From NCBI GenBank assembly GCA_040901985.1, contig JBBDYC010000008.1, positions 80,490-144,489 on the forward strand: DNA of 64,000 bases, written 5' to 3'. Origin of the DNA: Gemmatimonadaceae bacterium. GTDB lineage: Bacteria; Gemmatimonadota; Gemmatimonadetes; Gemmatimonadales; Gemmatimonadaceae. Under the pieces are notes generated by a model. The model was not told the origin of the DNA. It did no database searches and was given only the letters and a program-made list of their open reading frames with translations. Made by a program: the position numbers and the translations under genes. Positions 55,011-63,553 of this stretch are shown piece after piece; within the stretch, counting starts at the first letter, position 1; the number at the start of each line of letters is the position of its first letter.

Positions 55011-58007
55011 GTGGCCAAGAATCAACTGCGAGTCGCTAGGGGCGCCGGCTGCGGGCGCGTCCGGGGGGTCCTGGCCCTCCTCGTTTGCGTCGGCGCGGTT
55101 GCGCCGTCCGGTCTTGCCGCGCAGTTCCAGGCGGTTGAGACCGCCAGTATGCGGCTGGTGTACACCTCGCCGCTCCAGTCCTACCTCGTGCCGCAGGTGA
55201 CCGCGAGCTTCGAGAATGCGCTGCGGTTCCACCGCCAGCTCTTCGACTATGCGCCGGGAGGCCGGATCAACGTGCTGATGCACGACCTCTGGCACTACGG
55301 CAACGCGGGGGCGCGTCCGGTGCCGGAGAACCACGTCACCATAGGGATCGCGCCGTACGGACACGACTACGAGTCGGCGCCCGCTCCCGAACGAATGGCG
55401 TCGTCGATGAACCACGAGCTGGCGCACATCGTCACCACCGACAAAGCGACCCGGTCCGACCGGTTCTTCCGCTCGATCTTCTTCGGCAAGGTCACGCCAA
55501 ACGCGGAAGTGCCGCCCTCGATGCTCTACAGCTACCTGACCACGCCGCGCTGGTACGCGCCGCGCTGGTACCTCGAGGGAATCGCCACCTATCTCGAGAC
55601 GTGGATGAACGGCGGGCTGGGGCGTGCCATCGGTCCCTACGACGAGATGGTCTTCCGCACCCTCGTCCGCGACAGCCTCACGATGTACGACGTCGTCGGG
55701 CTCGAATCCGAGGGCACGACAATCGATTTCCAGGTGGGCGTGAACTCGTATCTCTACGGGACGCGGTTCATCAGCTATCTCGCGCTCCAGTACGGAAACG
55801 ACTCCTTGCTGGGGTGGGTCAATCGGTCCGAGGGCAGCAAGCGGTACTTCTCGTCGCAGTTCAGGAACGTGTTCGGGAGGTCGCTCGCGGACGAGTGGTC
55901 GCGATGGATTGACTGGGAGCGCGAGTGGCAGCGAGACAACCTGGCGGCGATTCAGCGGCACCCGACCACCGTTGCGCGACCGCTCACCAATCGGGTGCTC
56001 GGATCGGTGTCCCGCGCGTACTACGACCCGGCAAAGGGCAGCGTCCTCGTGGCCGTTCGCTATCCGGGCCAGGAAGCCCACATCGCCAGCATTGACGTCG
56101 CGTCCGGACGGTTCACGCGGGTCGGCGACATCACCGCCGCGGGGGGTCTGTCCGTGACGTCGCTGGTGTTCGATGCGGCGACGCGGACGCTCTTCTACAC
56201 CACCAACAACGCGGACTATCGTCACATACTCTCGATGGACCTCGAGACGGGCCGCTCCACGGTCCTGCTCAAGAACGGGCGCATCGGCGACCTCGCCTTC
56301 AACGCGGCGGACCGTTCCTTGTGGGGCGTCCGGCACGACAACGGGTTCTCGACGCTGGTGCGCCTTCCGCATCCGTACAGCGAGTGGCATCAGGTCCACA
56401 CGCTGCCGTACGGCAGGGACCTCTTCGACCTGGACGTCTCGCCGGACGGCACGGCCCTCATCGGGTCGATGTCGGAGATAAGCGGGGACACTCGCCTCGT
56501 GCGGATGAACATCGCCACGCTTCTTTCGGGCGATGCCGCGCACGAGGTGCTCTTCGAGTTCGGCCAGTGGTCGCCGTCGAACTTCGTCTTCTCCCAGGAC
56601 GGGCGGTACATCTTCGGCTCGTCCTACTACTCCGGCGTCTCCAACATCTTCCGGTACGAAGTCACGACGCGGGAGATGGAGGCCGTGACCAATGCGGAGA
56701 CGGGCTTCTTCAAGCCGTTGCCCATCTCCGATGACTCCCTCGTCGTCTTCGCCTACTCGGGCACCGGATTCGTGCCCTCGATGATCCCGAACGCGGTGAC
56801 GGATAGCGTGAGCGCGATTCAATTCCTCGGCAACGAGATCGCCGAGCGACGGACCGAGGTGCAGTCGTGGATGCCGCCGCCCGTCTCCGACATCAACGTT
56901 GATGCGCTGACGACGGCGACCGGCACCTACAGCACGGCGCGGAATTTCAAGTTGGACAACGCGTACCCGGTCGTGGAGGGATACGAGGATGCGCTGGGCA
57001 ACACTGCCGTCGCCGGCGGCGTGCGGCTCAACTTCTCGGACCGGATCGGAGCGACGGGGCTCGAGTTCACCGCGTCGTACTCTCCCGACGAGGACCTCGA
57101 CGAGTACGAGCACCTTCACCTGCGCGCGGTCTTCCGCCACTGGAACTGGAAGGTCTCGGCGGCGCTCAATCGGGCCGACTTCTACGACCTCGTCGGCCCG
57201 ACGAAGGTGAGCCGTCGTGGCTATTCGCTGGCGCTCCAGTACCAGGGCAATGTCTTCTACGATGGCCCGCGGAGCCTGGGCTACACGTTGCAGGCGGCGG
57301 GGTACGGCGACCTGGCGATCGTGCCGGAGTTCCAGAATGTCGCGGCGTCGTTCGACAAGCTCGCGTCGTTCTCCGGCGACCTCGCGTACAAGTCCCTCCG
57401 GCGGTCGCTTGGCGCCATTGACGACGAGCTCGGTGCGACGTGGGGAGCGGGGATTCGCGGCAACTACGTGAACGCGACGCTGCACCCACGCGTGAGCATG
57501 GATGCGTCGAGGGGATTCCTCCTGCCGCTGGATCACTCGTCGCTCTGGTTCCGCGCCTCGGCGGGGTCGGCGCTCGGCCCCGACCGGGCCGACCCATTCG
57601 CGCGGTTCTACTTCGGTGGGTTCGCCAACAACTGGGTGGACTACCGGGCAATCAAGCAGTTTCGGAACACCGAGGCCTTCCCGGGCCTCGACATCAACGA
57701 GATTGGCGGCGCCACGTACGCCAAGGCGCAGGTGGAGTGGATGTCACCGCCCCTCCGCTTTCGGAGCGTCGGCATCCCGAGCGCGTATTTCCGCTGGGCC
57801 GGACTGTCGCTGTTCGCGAGTGGGCTTGCCACCGACGTGGATGACGCGACGGCCAGGCGTACCTTCACAAGCGCGGGGGCGCAGGTGGACCTCCGACTCG
57901 TCACGATCTCCCATCTCGAGTCCACCTTCTCCGTCGGCTACGGCGTGGCGAAGGGGCAGGGCGTCCCGCTCAGCAACGCCCTGATGGTTTCGTTCAAGAT
58001 CATGTGA
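55011..58007 (+). CDS. Outer-membrane protein: gluzincin-like peptidase domain, beta-propeller, C-terminal beta-barrel
   Basis: Signal peptide ending LAAQ; HELAH...PRWYLEGIATY.E; TolB/WD-like blades (VSPDG, FSQDGRYI); amphipathic C-terminal strands. Confidence 0.75.
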   Translation: MAKNQLRVARGAGCGRVRGVLALLVCVGAVAPSGLAAQFQAVETASMRLVYTSPLQSYLVPQVTASFENALRFHRQLFDYAPGGRINVLMHDLWHYGNAGARPVPENHVTIGIAPYGHDYESAPAPERMASSMNHELAHIVTTDKATRSDRFFRSIFFGKVTPNAEVPPSMLYSYLTTPRWYAPRWYLEGIATYLETWMNGGLGRAIGPYDEMVFRTLVRDSLTMYDVVGLESEGTTIDFQVGVNSYLYGTRFISYLALQYGNDSLLGWVNRSEGSKRYFSSQFRNVFGRSLADEWSRWIDWEREWQRDNLAAIQRHPTTVARPLTNRVLGSVSRAYYDPAKGSVLVAVRYPGQEAHIASIDVASGRFTRVGDITAAGGLSVTSLVFDAATRTLFYTTNNADYRHILSMDLETGRSTVLLKNGRIGDLAFNAADRSLWGVRHDNGFSTLVRLPHPYSEWHQVHTLPYGRDLFDLDVSPDGTALIGSMSEISGDTRLVRMNIATLLSGDAAHEVLFEFGQWSPSNFVFSQDGRYIFGSSYYSGVSNIFRYEVTTREMEAVTNAETGFFKPLPISDDSLVVFAYSGTGFVPSMIPNAVTDSVSAIQFLGNEIAERRTEVQSWMPPPVSDINVDALTTATGTYSTARNFKLDNAYPVVEGYEDALGNTAVAGGVRLNFSDRIGATGLEFTASYSPDEDLDEYEHLHLRAVFRHWNWKVSAALNRADFYDLVGPTKVSRRGYSLALQYQGNVFYDGPRSLGYTLQAAGYGDLAIVPEFQNVAASFDKLASFSGDLAYKSLRRSLGAIDDELGATWGAGIRGNYVNATLHPRVSMDASRGFLLPLDHSSLWFRASAGSALGPDRADPFARFYFGGFANNWVDYRAIKQFRNTEAFPGLDINEIGGATYAKAQVEWMSPPLRFRSVGIPSAYFRWAGLSLFASGLATDVDDATARRTFTSAGAQVDLRLVTISHLESTFSVGYGVAKGQGVPLSNALMVSFKIM

Positions 58008-59020
58008 CGACCGTCGTCGCGCTCGCCGTCAGCGTCTTGCCGATCTTCCTGTTCCTCGGCGCGCTGGTGCTCATTGACAGCTACAAGCTTGTCGCGCTGC
58101 GGGCGGTCCTGCTCTCGGTCGCCGCCGGCGTCGCCGCAGGCCTTGCCAGCTACGCGGTGAATGTCTGGCTCCGGCCGGCGCTCGGGCTGGCCCCGTCGCA
58201 ATACTCGATGTACGTCGCACCCGTCGTCGAGGAGACGCTCAAGGCCGCGTATGTCGTGTACCTGCTGTCGAGAAGCAAGGTCGGGTTCGTTGTGGACGCC
58301 GCCATCTATGGATTCGGCATCGGCACCGGCTTCGCCTTTCTGGAGAACCTCTACTATCTGCTCGTGAGTCCCGACGCCGCGATCTGGACCTGGATCGTGC
58401 GGGGCTTCGGCACCGCGGTGATGCACGGCGGCGCCACCGCCATCCTCGCGATGGTCGCCAAGACGCTGCACAATCGCCTCGATGGCTTCAGGCCGTACCT
58501 CCTGTTGCCGGGTCTCCTCGTGGCCGTGGTCCTCCACTCGCTGTACAACCAGTTCCTCCTGCAACCGCTGATCGCGACGGCGTTGATCGTGTTGGTCTTT
58601 CCCTATGTCAGCATCGCCATCTTCCAGCAGAGCGAGCGCGACACGAAATCGTGGTTGGGCAGCGGGTTCGACACCGACCAGGAGCTGCTCAGGGCCATTC
58701 GCACGGGGCAGGTGGCGGCGACGCCGGCGGGGAAGTATCTCCTGACCGTACGCAGTCGCTTCTCCCCGGAGGTCATCGTGGATATGCTGTGCCTCCTCCG
58801 ACTGCGCGCCGAGCTGGGCATCCGCGCCAAGGGCATCCTGATGCTGCGCGAGGCCGGATTCGATCCCGAGCCGGACCCCGCCGTGAAGCGCACGTTCGAG
58901 GAACTGCGGTATCTGGAACGGAGCATCGGGAAAACCGGGATGCTCTCCCTGCATCCGTTCCTCCACACCAGCACGCGCGACCTCTGGCAACTCAATCTGC
59001 TTGACGAGATGCAGGGATGA
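58004..59020 (+). CDS. PrsW-family glutamic-type intramembrane protease with C-terminal soluble extension
   Basis: APVVEETLK (EExxK), GFAFLEN (FxxxE), AVMHG and LHSLYN motifs; GTGA overlap. Confidence 0.88.
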   Translation: MTTVVALAVSVLPIFLFLGALVLIDSYKLVALRAVLLSVAAGVAAGLASYAVNVWLRPALGLAPSQYSMYVAPVVEETLKAAYVVYLLSRSKVGFVVDAAIYGFGIGTGFAFLENLYYLLVSPDAAIWTWIVRGFGTAVMHGGATAILAMVAKTLHNRLDGFRPYLLLPGLLVAVVLHSLYNQFLLQPLIATALIVLVFPYVSIAIFQQSERDTKSWLGSGFDTDQELLRAIRTGQVAATPAGKYLLTVRSRFSPEVIVDMLCLLRLRAELGIRAKGILMLREAGFDPEPDPAVKRTFEELRYLERSIGKTGMLSLHPFLHTSTRDLWQLNLLDEMQG

Positions 59021-60264
59021 GCGACTCCCCCACGCCGTCGAGGGGCACCCAGACCACGCTCCGCGCCCTGCCAAAGGCGCTGGTCGTCGGCCGGGCCGGC
59101 GCGGATGCCGCAGCCCTCGTCCGTAGCGTCGAGGCAGAAGGGTATCTCGTGTTCGCGGCTGTCCAGGCCGACGACGCACTGCAGCGACTTCGCGCCGCAC
59201 GGTTCGACTTGGTGTTGCTGGATGCGGACGTACCCGCGATGGGCGGGCCGCAGTTCGTCGAGACGCTGCGGAGTGATGCCGAGCTGGCGAGCGTTCCCGT
59301 CCTCGTGATCTCGGCGGCGGACGATACGGATGCCATCGAGCGGTGCCTCGAGAAGGGCGCCGACGACTATCTCCCCAAGGTGTTTGGTCCGGCCGTGCTG
59401 CGGGCCCGCGTCAGCGCGGCGCTGGACCGTCGGCGCCTACGGGACAACGTGAAGCTGCGGCGCGAGATGGATGTCGCGCGGAACATCCAGCGGGACTTTC
59501 TCCCCGAGTCACTCCCCGCCGTGCGCGGCGTGCAACTCGAGGCCGCATTGCATCCGGCGCGTCAGGTCTCCGGCGACTTTTACGACGCGTTCACCCTGGC
59601 GCCCTCCGGCAACCTCGTCCTGGTCGTTGGGGATGTGTGCGACAAGGGGGTCGGCGCGGCGTTGTTCATGGCCCTCTTCCGCAGTCTCATCCGTGCGTCC
59701 GCGGATCCAGTGGGTGGCGGCGCGATCCAGATGATTGGTGGCCGGCGCACGCTCGTGATGCAGTCGCTGGAGGCCGCCACGCCGGCCGACCTGTTGACGC
59801 GGGTCGCGGGTTTTACCAACAACTACATCGCGAGGTTGCACGGACGCACCAATATGTTCGCCACCGTCTTTCTGGCGGTGCTCGATCCGGCCTATGGCAC
59901 GCTCAACTATGTCAACGCCGGCCACGAGCCGGCGCTCGTGATCGCCCCGGACGGGACGATGCGGGAACTGCGACCGACTGGTCCGGCGCTCGGGATGATG
60001 CCGGATTCGGTGTTCACGGCGGTTGGGGGAACGCTCGAGAGCGGAGAGACGCTCTTTGCGTTCACGGACGGATTGGCCGAGGCGCGGAGCCCGACCGGCG
60101 AGGTGTACGGCAGCGAGCGGTTGCGGCAGGTGGTGCGCTCGCACGCCAGCGGATCGGCATCGGAGCTCGTGACGGGCGTCATTGATGCGCTCAAGGCGTT
60201 CACGCGGCAGGCCGAGCCGCACGATGACCTGACCTTGCTTGCGGCGAAACGCACGAGCGGGTGA
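59017..60264 (+). CDS. Receiver domain plus PP2C/SpoIIE phosphatase (RsbU/RsbP-like)
   Basis: LVLLD...ISA...GADDYLPK; ARNIQRDFLP, SGDFYD, GDVCDKG, FTDGL.E and DDLT; ATGA overlap. Confidence 0.92.
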   Translation: MSDSPTPSRGTQTTLRALPKALVVGRAGADAAALVRSVEAEGYLVFAAVQADDALQRLRAARFDLVLLDADVPAMGGPQFVETLRSDAELASVPVLVISAADDTDAIERCLEKGADDYLPKVFGPAVLRARVSAALDRRRLRDNVKLRREMDVARNIQRDFLPESLPAVRGVQLEAALHPARQVSGDFYDAFTLAPSGNLVLVVGDVCDKGVGAALFMALFRSLIRASADPVGGGAIQMIGGRRTLVMQSLEAATPADLLTRVAGFTNNYIARLHGRTNMFATVFLAVLDPAYGTLNYVNAGHEPALVIAPDGTMRELRPTGPALGMMPDSVFTAVGGTLESGETLFAFTDGLAEARSPTGEVYGSERLRQVVRSHASGSASELVTGVIDALKAFTRQAEPHDDLTLLAAKRTSG

Positions 60265-60303
60265 GTGGGCGTGCTGGAATCGCCGTTCGGCGACCGTAGG
60301 GCG

Positions 60304-61095
60304 TCATCCCGGTTCCATCGTTCCCACCACGCTCTGGACAAAGTTCAACCGCGAGTAGTCACCCGCACTCGCAATTCCCGTCAGGTCCTCCCGTCCCAGG
60401 ACATCATCCCGAATCGCGCGCTCGCTCCACCCCCGCCGCGCGCGGTCCTCGATCGCCGCGATCGTCTCCTCGATCCAGTCTGCCTTGGCGCAGAGGTCGG
60501 CAATGGGGTCCGCGAGGATGCCGCGATGCCCATCGAACACCCGCCGCGGCTTGAGCGCAATCACGTCGCGCAGCGCCCCGACCTGGGCCCGCAAGTCCTC
60601 GCCTCGATGGGCGATCCGCACCTTCACGCCGATGAACAGGTCGCCGCCGAAAAGCGTTTCGCGCTCGGCGTCCCACACCACGTGATGATCGCTCGAATGG
60701 CCGCGCGCCGGCCTGAGCTCCAGCGCCGGATGCGCGAACGGCGTGATTGGCGCGCGCAGCGGTTCCGGCACGCCCCAGCAGATCCGCCGGTATAGGCCAA
60801 TCGGCCCAGGCACGCGCGCGATGGTAATGGAGTCCGGCGCAACCCCGATTGGCACGCCCCGCCTCGCCAGGCGCTCGATGTTGCCGGCGTGATCCTCGTG
60901 CGCGTGCGTCACGAGACATCCCTCCACCGGGTTGGCGTCGAGCCACGCCGAGACCTCGCGCCCGACATCCGGGAACCCCGTATCAATGAGCACGCCGCGC
61001 GTGACGTAGGCGCTGACGCCATACCGCATCAGCCGGCTGGCGACGGACGAGAGCTCGAGCTGGACGACGTCGCCGTGGGAGATTGCGCGGAGCAT
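60304..61095 (-). CDS. MBL-fold metallo-hydrolase
   Basis: LIDTG, THAHEDHAG, GHSSDH, GGDL and DGH. Confidence 0.9.
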   Translation of the reverse strand: MLRAISHGDVVQLELSSVASRLMRYGVSAYVTRGVLIDTGFPDVGREVSAWLDANPVEGCLVTHAHEDHAGNIERLARRGVPIGVAPDSITIARVPGPIGLYRRICWGVPEPLRAPITPFAHPALELRPARGHSSDHHVVWDAERETLFGGDLFIGVKVRIAHRGEDLRAQVGALRDVIALKPRRVFDGHRGILADPIADLCAKADWIEETIAAIEDRARRGWSERAIRDDVLGREDLTGIASAGDYSRLNFVQSVVGTMEPG

Positions 61096-61124
61096 CCGTG
61101 AACGCTACACGGAATGCCGTTGGA

Positions 61125-61153
61125 TTGCCGCCCGGCCCTCCGGGCGTTATACT
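61125..61153 (+). promoter_or_regulatory. Putative sigma70 promoter of greA
   Basis: TTGCCG (61125-61130), 17-bp spacer, TATACT (61148-61153). Confidence 0.6.
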
Positions 61154-61178
61154 CCCTCCTCCGACAAGCACGCTGTCC

Positions 61179-61208
61179 GACGCCCGGCCTCGCAGGTCGG
61201 GCGTTTTA
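61179..61208 (+). terminator. Intrinsic terminator-like hairpin in the greA leader
   Basis: gacgcccggcct-cgc-aggtcgggcgtt followed by tta. Confidence 0.6.
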
Positions 61209-61243
61209 TGCTACTCCCCCGCCACGTCCCCGAGGGCCGCTCC

Positions 61244-61714
61244 GTGATCGAGGCGCTCAAGCAGAAGCTGACCGACGAGGCGGAGAAGCTCCGCGTCGAG
61301 CTCAACATCACGCTGCCGCAGGAGATCCGAAAGGCGGTCGAGCTGGGCGACCTGCGCGAGAACTCGGAGTACAAGGCCGCGCTCGAGCGCCAGCAGTTCG
61401 TCCAGGCGCGCCTCGGTCAGCTCACGCAGCGGCTCTCGAAACTCTCGAGCATCGACGAGACGCAGATCTCCGCCGACGCGGTCGGCCTTGGCTCGACGGT
61501 GGTCGTCGTGGACCAGGAGAGCAAGGAGCGGGAGACCTACAGGATGATCTTCGGCGACGCCGAGGATTTCGAGGACGGGCAGGTGACGATGTCGTCACCG
61601 ATCGGACGCGCGCTGCTCGGCAAGAAGGTCGGCGAACTGGTGCTGTTGAGACTGCCGGAGCGCACGCGCAAGATGAAGGTCGTGGACCTAACGACGATCC
61701 ACGACGGCCTCTGA
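61244..61714 (+). CDS. greA: Transcription elongation factor GreA/GreB family
   Basis: A.ELGDLRENSEY.AA and SSPIGRALLGK.VG. Confidence 0.9.
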   Translation: MIEALKQKLTDEAEKLRVELNITLPQEIRKAVELGDLRENSEYKAALERQQFVQARLGQLTQRLSKLSSIDETQISADAVGLGSTVVVVDQESKERETYRMIFGDAEDFEDGQVTMSSPIGRALLGKKVGELVLLRLPERTRKMKVVDLTTIHDGL

Positions 61715-62287
61715 GCCGGCGGCGTCGGGGCCGGGTTCCGCGATTGCCGAGTCGAGGGCGGCGAGCAGCGCGGCATCGTCGGCCTTCACCGCGCCGAGGT
61801 GCTTCCAGCGGAGGACGCCGCCGCGGTCAATGAGAAAGGTGCTCGGCACGCCGATGGCGAGGAACGTTGTCGAGACGCGGTCGTTCGCGTCGAGCCAGAG
61901 CGGATAGGTCGCGCCGAGGTCGCGCGCAAAGCCGGCGATGTTCGCGGTGTCGCCGTGCGCATCAATGCTCACGCCGGCCACCACCAGCCCGCGCGCGGCG
62001 TACGCCTGGTGCAGCGCCTCAAGTGCGGGGATCTCCTCGCGACAGGGTTTGCACCAGGTGGCCCAGATGTTGAGGAGCACGACCTGGCCGCGCAGGTCGG
62101 CGAGCGCGATTGGCGCGCCGTCGAGCCTGGTCGCCGCGTATGCGGGCGCCGGCTGTCCCACGGTGACGGCCCCGCGCGGCCCACGCGTGCCGGCCGGGTC
62201 GCACGCGACGGATGTGCCAAGCGTCGCGACCGCGGTGATCGCGATCCACCTCAAAGCGCCGGCGCGCGCCGCGGCGAACCGCCTCAC
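61688..62287 (-). CDS. TlpA/ResA-like disulfide reductase lipoprotein
   Basis: LNIWATWCKPCREEIP and GVPSTFLID; GTG start overlaps the upstream stop. Confidence 0.9.
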   Translation of the reverse strand: MRRFAAARAGALRWIAITAVATLGTSVACDPAGTRGPRGAVTVGQPAPAYAATRLDGAPIALADLRGQVVLLNIWATWCKPCREEIPALEALHQAYAARGLVVAGVSIDAHGDTANIAGFARDLGATYPLWLDANDRVSTTFLAIGVPSTFLIDRGGVLRWKHLGAVKADDAALLAALDSAIAEPGPDAAGSEAVVDRR

Positions 62288-63540
62288 GGTGCAACGGTGC
62301 GCAGCGTCGCCGCCTGGACGGCGCTCGGCGCGCCCGGCGCGCCCGGCAAGGTCCACGCCAGCAGTACGCCATCGCCGAGACGCGTCATCCGCGGGAATCC
62401 GCTCGACCGCGTGCCGCTGGAGTTGCTGATGACGATTGGATCCTCCATCGTCCCGTCGCGCATCACGCGGCGCACCTTCACGTAGGCGGTGTCGGCGCCG
62501 CCGCGTTCAAGCCAGCTGACCAGCACGGCTTCGTCGAGCCACTGCAGGCCAACGCGGCCGGCGGGCGTGCCTTCGTCAATGCGGATCGGGGCGCCGAAGG
62601 TCGTGCCGGCGTCGGTGGAGAAGGCGAGCAACACCTTGGCGGTGTCGCGAGCGCCGGTGAACCACGCCACGGCCAGGCGCTCGCCGTCGGCGACGATCGC
62701 CGGCCCGTTCACCGGACAGGCGTTGATCACCCAGTGGTCGTCGTGGACGGCGTGCGGCGCCGTCCATTCCCCGTTGACCTGCCGCAGGATGGAGATGTCG
62801 CGCACCTCCGTGTCGCTCCGGTCGCGGTACACGACGACCGGGCCGCGCGCGGTCATCGCGGCGGCGGTCTGGCAGCAGTCGCAGACGCGGGTGTCGAGAA
62901 TCCGCTTGGTGGAATCGGCAATGGCGGCGCCCCACGCATTCACCGACAGATGCATCGGTCCGGGGCCGTGGTCGTGACCGGCGGGCGCCGGCGTGTCGCC
63001 CACACCGGCGCTGCCGTCGAGAAAGAAGATGGACGCGCCGCCATCGCGGTCGGGAAGGATCGAGACAAACCCGTGCTCGGCCGGGATCCCGCCGCGATGT
63101 GGTTGCACCGACGTCTTCCAGGTGGCACCGCCGTCGCGCGACTCCGCGAGGCGCACGTCATAGGCGTAGCGTCCGGAGCCGCTGCGCTGGAGCCAGTGCG
63201 CGAGGAAGCGTCCGTCGGAGAGCGCGACGACCGACGGGAAGTCGGCCCAGTTCACGAAGAGATCGCGCCGTCGCACCACGTCGCTTGGCGCCGACCACGC
63301 GCCGTCGGCGCCGCGGACCGCGAGTCGCAACGCGTGGGCGCCGTCGGCGGTCGGCTCGAGCCAGCTCATCAGCACACGGCCATCGGCGGTGGTGAAGAGG
63401 TTCGGTTCGGCGGCGCCGGTCGCAGTGGGCGAGGGCTCGACGGCGAGTGTCAGCGGCGGGGCCGAAGCGCGCTCGACCGGGCCGCAGGCGGCGACGCCGA
63501 CGAGCGTGCCGAACGCGACGGTAATGACGGAACGACGCAC
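62284..63540 (-). CDS. BNR/Asp-box (sialidase-like) beta-propeller lipoprotein
   Basis: Lipobox VAAC; FVNWADFP, SRDGGATW, STDAGTTF, VCDCCQT and CPVNGP. Confidence 0.8.
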   Translation of the reverse strand: MRRSVITVAFGTLVGVAACGPVERASAPPLTLAVEPSPTATGAAEPNLFTTADGRVLMSWLEPTADGAHALRLAVRGADGAWSAPSDVVRRRDLFVNWADFPSVVALSDGRFLAHWLQRSGSGRYAYDVRLAESRDGGATWKTSVQPHRGGIPAEHGFVSILPDRDGGASIFFLDGSAGVGDTPAPAGHDHGPGPMHLSVNAWGAAIADSTKRILDTRVCDCCQTAAAMTARGPVVVYRDRSDTEVRDISILRQVNGEWTAPHAVHDDHWVINACPVNGPAIVADGERLAVAWFTGARDTAKVLLAFSTDAGTTFGAPIRIDEGTPAGRVGLQWLDEAVLVSWLERGGADTAYVKVRRVMRDGTMEDPIVISNSSGTRSSGFPRMTRLGDGVLLAWTLPGAPGAPSAVQAATLRTVAP

Positions 63541-63553
63541 GGGACTCCCGGGG

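Noticed and set aside
54972..59200. Long minus-strand ORFs (854 aa, 420 aa) and many similar antisense ORFs across the window
   Set aside because: Arg/Pro/Ala-rich shadows of high-GC genes with no motifs.
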